Assembly (NCBI GenBank): GCA_973895155.1 | Contig: OZ316893.1 | Span: forward strand, 26,214,798-26,278,797 | Length of the DNA stretch: 64,000 nt | DNA from: Marsupella aquatica | Lineage: Eukaryota > Plantae > Marchantiophyta | Reading direction: 5' to 3' | Shown here: piece after piece, positions 62,644 to 64,000 of the stretch | Position numbering within the stretch: position 1 is the stretch's first letter | Layout: every line of letters begins with the position of its first letter | Position numbers and translations under genes: made by a program | Notes under the pieces: generated by a model | What the model was told of the DNA's origin: nothing | Database searches by the model: none | The model's input: only the letters and a program-made list of their open reading frames with translations

Positions 62644-64000
62644 GGATGTCTTACTGCTCCTGCTAACCAATCCTCTTGCTCTGCTCTATTCAAACTAAGC
62701 TCTTCTCCTCGGAACTTCTCTGCTCTGCTATGTAAGTCCGGAGCTCTTCCGTAATCGATTTAACAGAGTGCTTCCCTGTGCCTTAAGCTACCGACATGTT
62801 CTGTTCTCCTTCAAAGACTAGCCGTGTTCTCCATTCCGTGAAAGACCCAGTTTGGCCAACGCCCATCAACCTGCTCCCTGGTCACGTTCCGCTTTACCTA
62901 TATTTCCTATCTCACAATCAGCTTGTCTACTCGCAACGAACGGAGAGAAGCTCCGAGCAGAGTAGAGGGGGTATCTAAAACCAAGGTAACTCCGCCCTAG
63001 GAACTCTGCCCCCACCCTCGGAGTCCAGTTTACAACAATCAGCAGCCGTTCCGGAACCAAAACCCCTGTGCTCCGACACGATTGCCTTCGTCGTCCAAAA
63101 GTAGCATTGATTGGAACCGAAACCCACAGCATCGACCACTTACAAAGCAAGCAAGCAAGCCCTTCTTCGATGAGCCCGTCGACCGACCCACCAACCGATC
63201 CGATGAGAAGCTTATTACACAGCCCACCGAGGAACGAAAACGTACTCGCCCACCTCTCCCCCTGCGCGATCGTCACCTGTTCGATGCTGCAACGGCGAGT
63301 GAGTGCATCTGGACGCAAGACTCCGGCAGCAAGCACCTCGTGGAGCTCAGGAAAAGAAGCGAGTGTGGTGGAATGCGGATGCCGATAGTAGAATAGTGGC
63401 TAGATAGAAAGAAAGAAAGAAAAGAAAGAAAGGAAGTGGGGAAGGCAGCAAGCGTGGCTGCGCGGCAGGCAAGAGTTGGGAGGATATGAGAAAGAAAGAT
63501 CTAAAGCTGCTGCAGCTCCTGCAGCTGCTGAACTGGGTGATCTCTCCTCTGCTCTGCTCCTCTCAATGAATGTGCCTCCCTCGTCCTCCTCCTTCTCTGC
63601 TCCTGCCTGGCCCCGGTCAGACGGCACGAGCAAGAACAACGATCACCAGAAAAGAATGAAGCTACGCTACTAGGCTGCAGCAGCAGCAGTAGTAGCCAGG
63701 AACAGTAGAAAGGGTGACTTGTGGCAAATGAAAGAGTGGATGGAAAGGGGAAGAAACCTCCCAGCAACAGCACTTCATCACCTGTGATCACTCACTCCCT
63801 CACTCCCCACACATCGGCAAGCAAAGCAAGGCAAAAGCAGCGGACTTGGTGTGTGGGTGTGGGGCACAGACCCACTCCGTGTACCACCCCTAGGAATCAA
63901 AATATGCTGCTCCTCCTGCGGCTACTGGGTCCCCTCTCAAACACCTCACCTCAGCAGCGTGGGAGACGAAGGTATGTCGGAATCTACGGCGCTGGGGACA

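Noticed and set aside
62800-63800. Overlapping ORFs upstream of the ARF
   Set aside because: No recognisable domains; likely 5' UTR/intron/promoter sequence. uORF function cannot be assessed without transcript data.

Overview
Eukaryotic nuclear DNA from a land plant. The gene and TE content suggests a non-seed plant, probably a bryophyte, but the taxon cannot be fixed from sequence alone. There are three host genes: an intronless NSP2-type GRAS gene with a miR171 site (+, 26628-28769), a 10-exon DHX57/DHX29-like DExH helicase (-, 46393-54069), and an 11-exon auxin response factor with a truncated PB1 domain (-, 59006-62643). Two large, clearly bounded transposons stand out. (1) A 10.5 kb Ty3/Gypsy-like retroelement (-, 32314-42812). 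One pol reading frame runs protease - DNMT3-like cytosine methyltransferase - RT - RNase H - DDE integrase - PHD finger. It lacks two full LTRs and instead has split direct repeats (A...B-A-B) of the PAT/Ngaro type, with TG...CA ends, a GGGG target-site duplication and a candidate self-priming inverted repeat in place of a tRNA PBS. (2) A 10.7 kb TIR element (6156-16880; ~350 bp TIRs, 4 bp TSD). It encodes a MULE/SWIM transposase resembling the domesticated Arabidopsis AT1G60560/AT4G13970 family, an RPA1-C-like OB-fold protein, and an unknown C2H2-finger gene. Also present are two 5'-truncated RLE-type (CRE-like) non-LTR copies, two MITEs with TSDs and several tandem repeats. All family assignments are by manual motif recognition; no searches were run.
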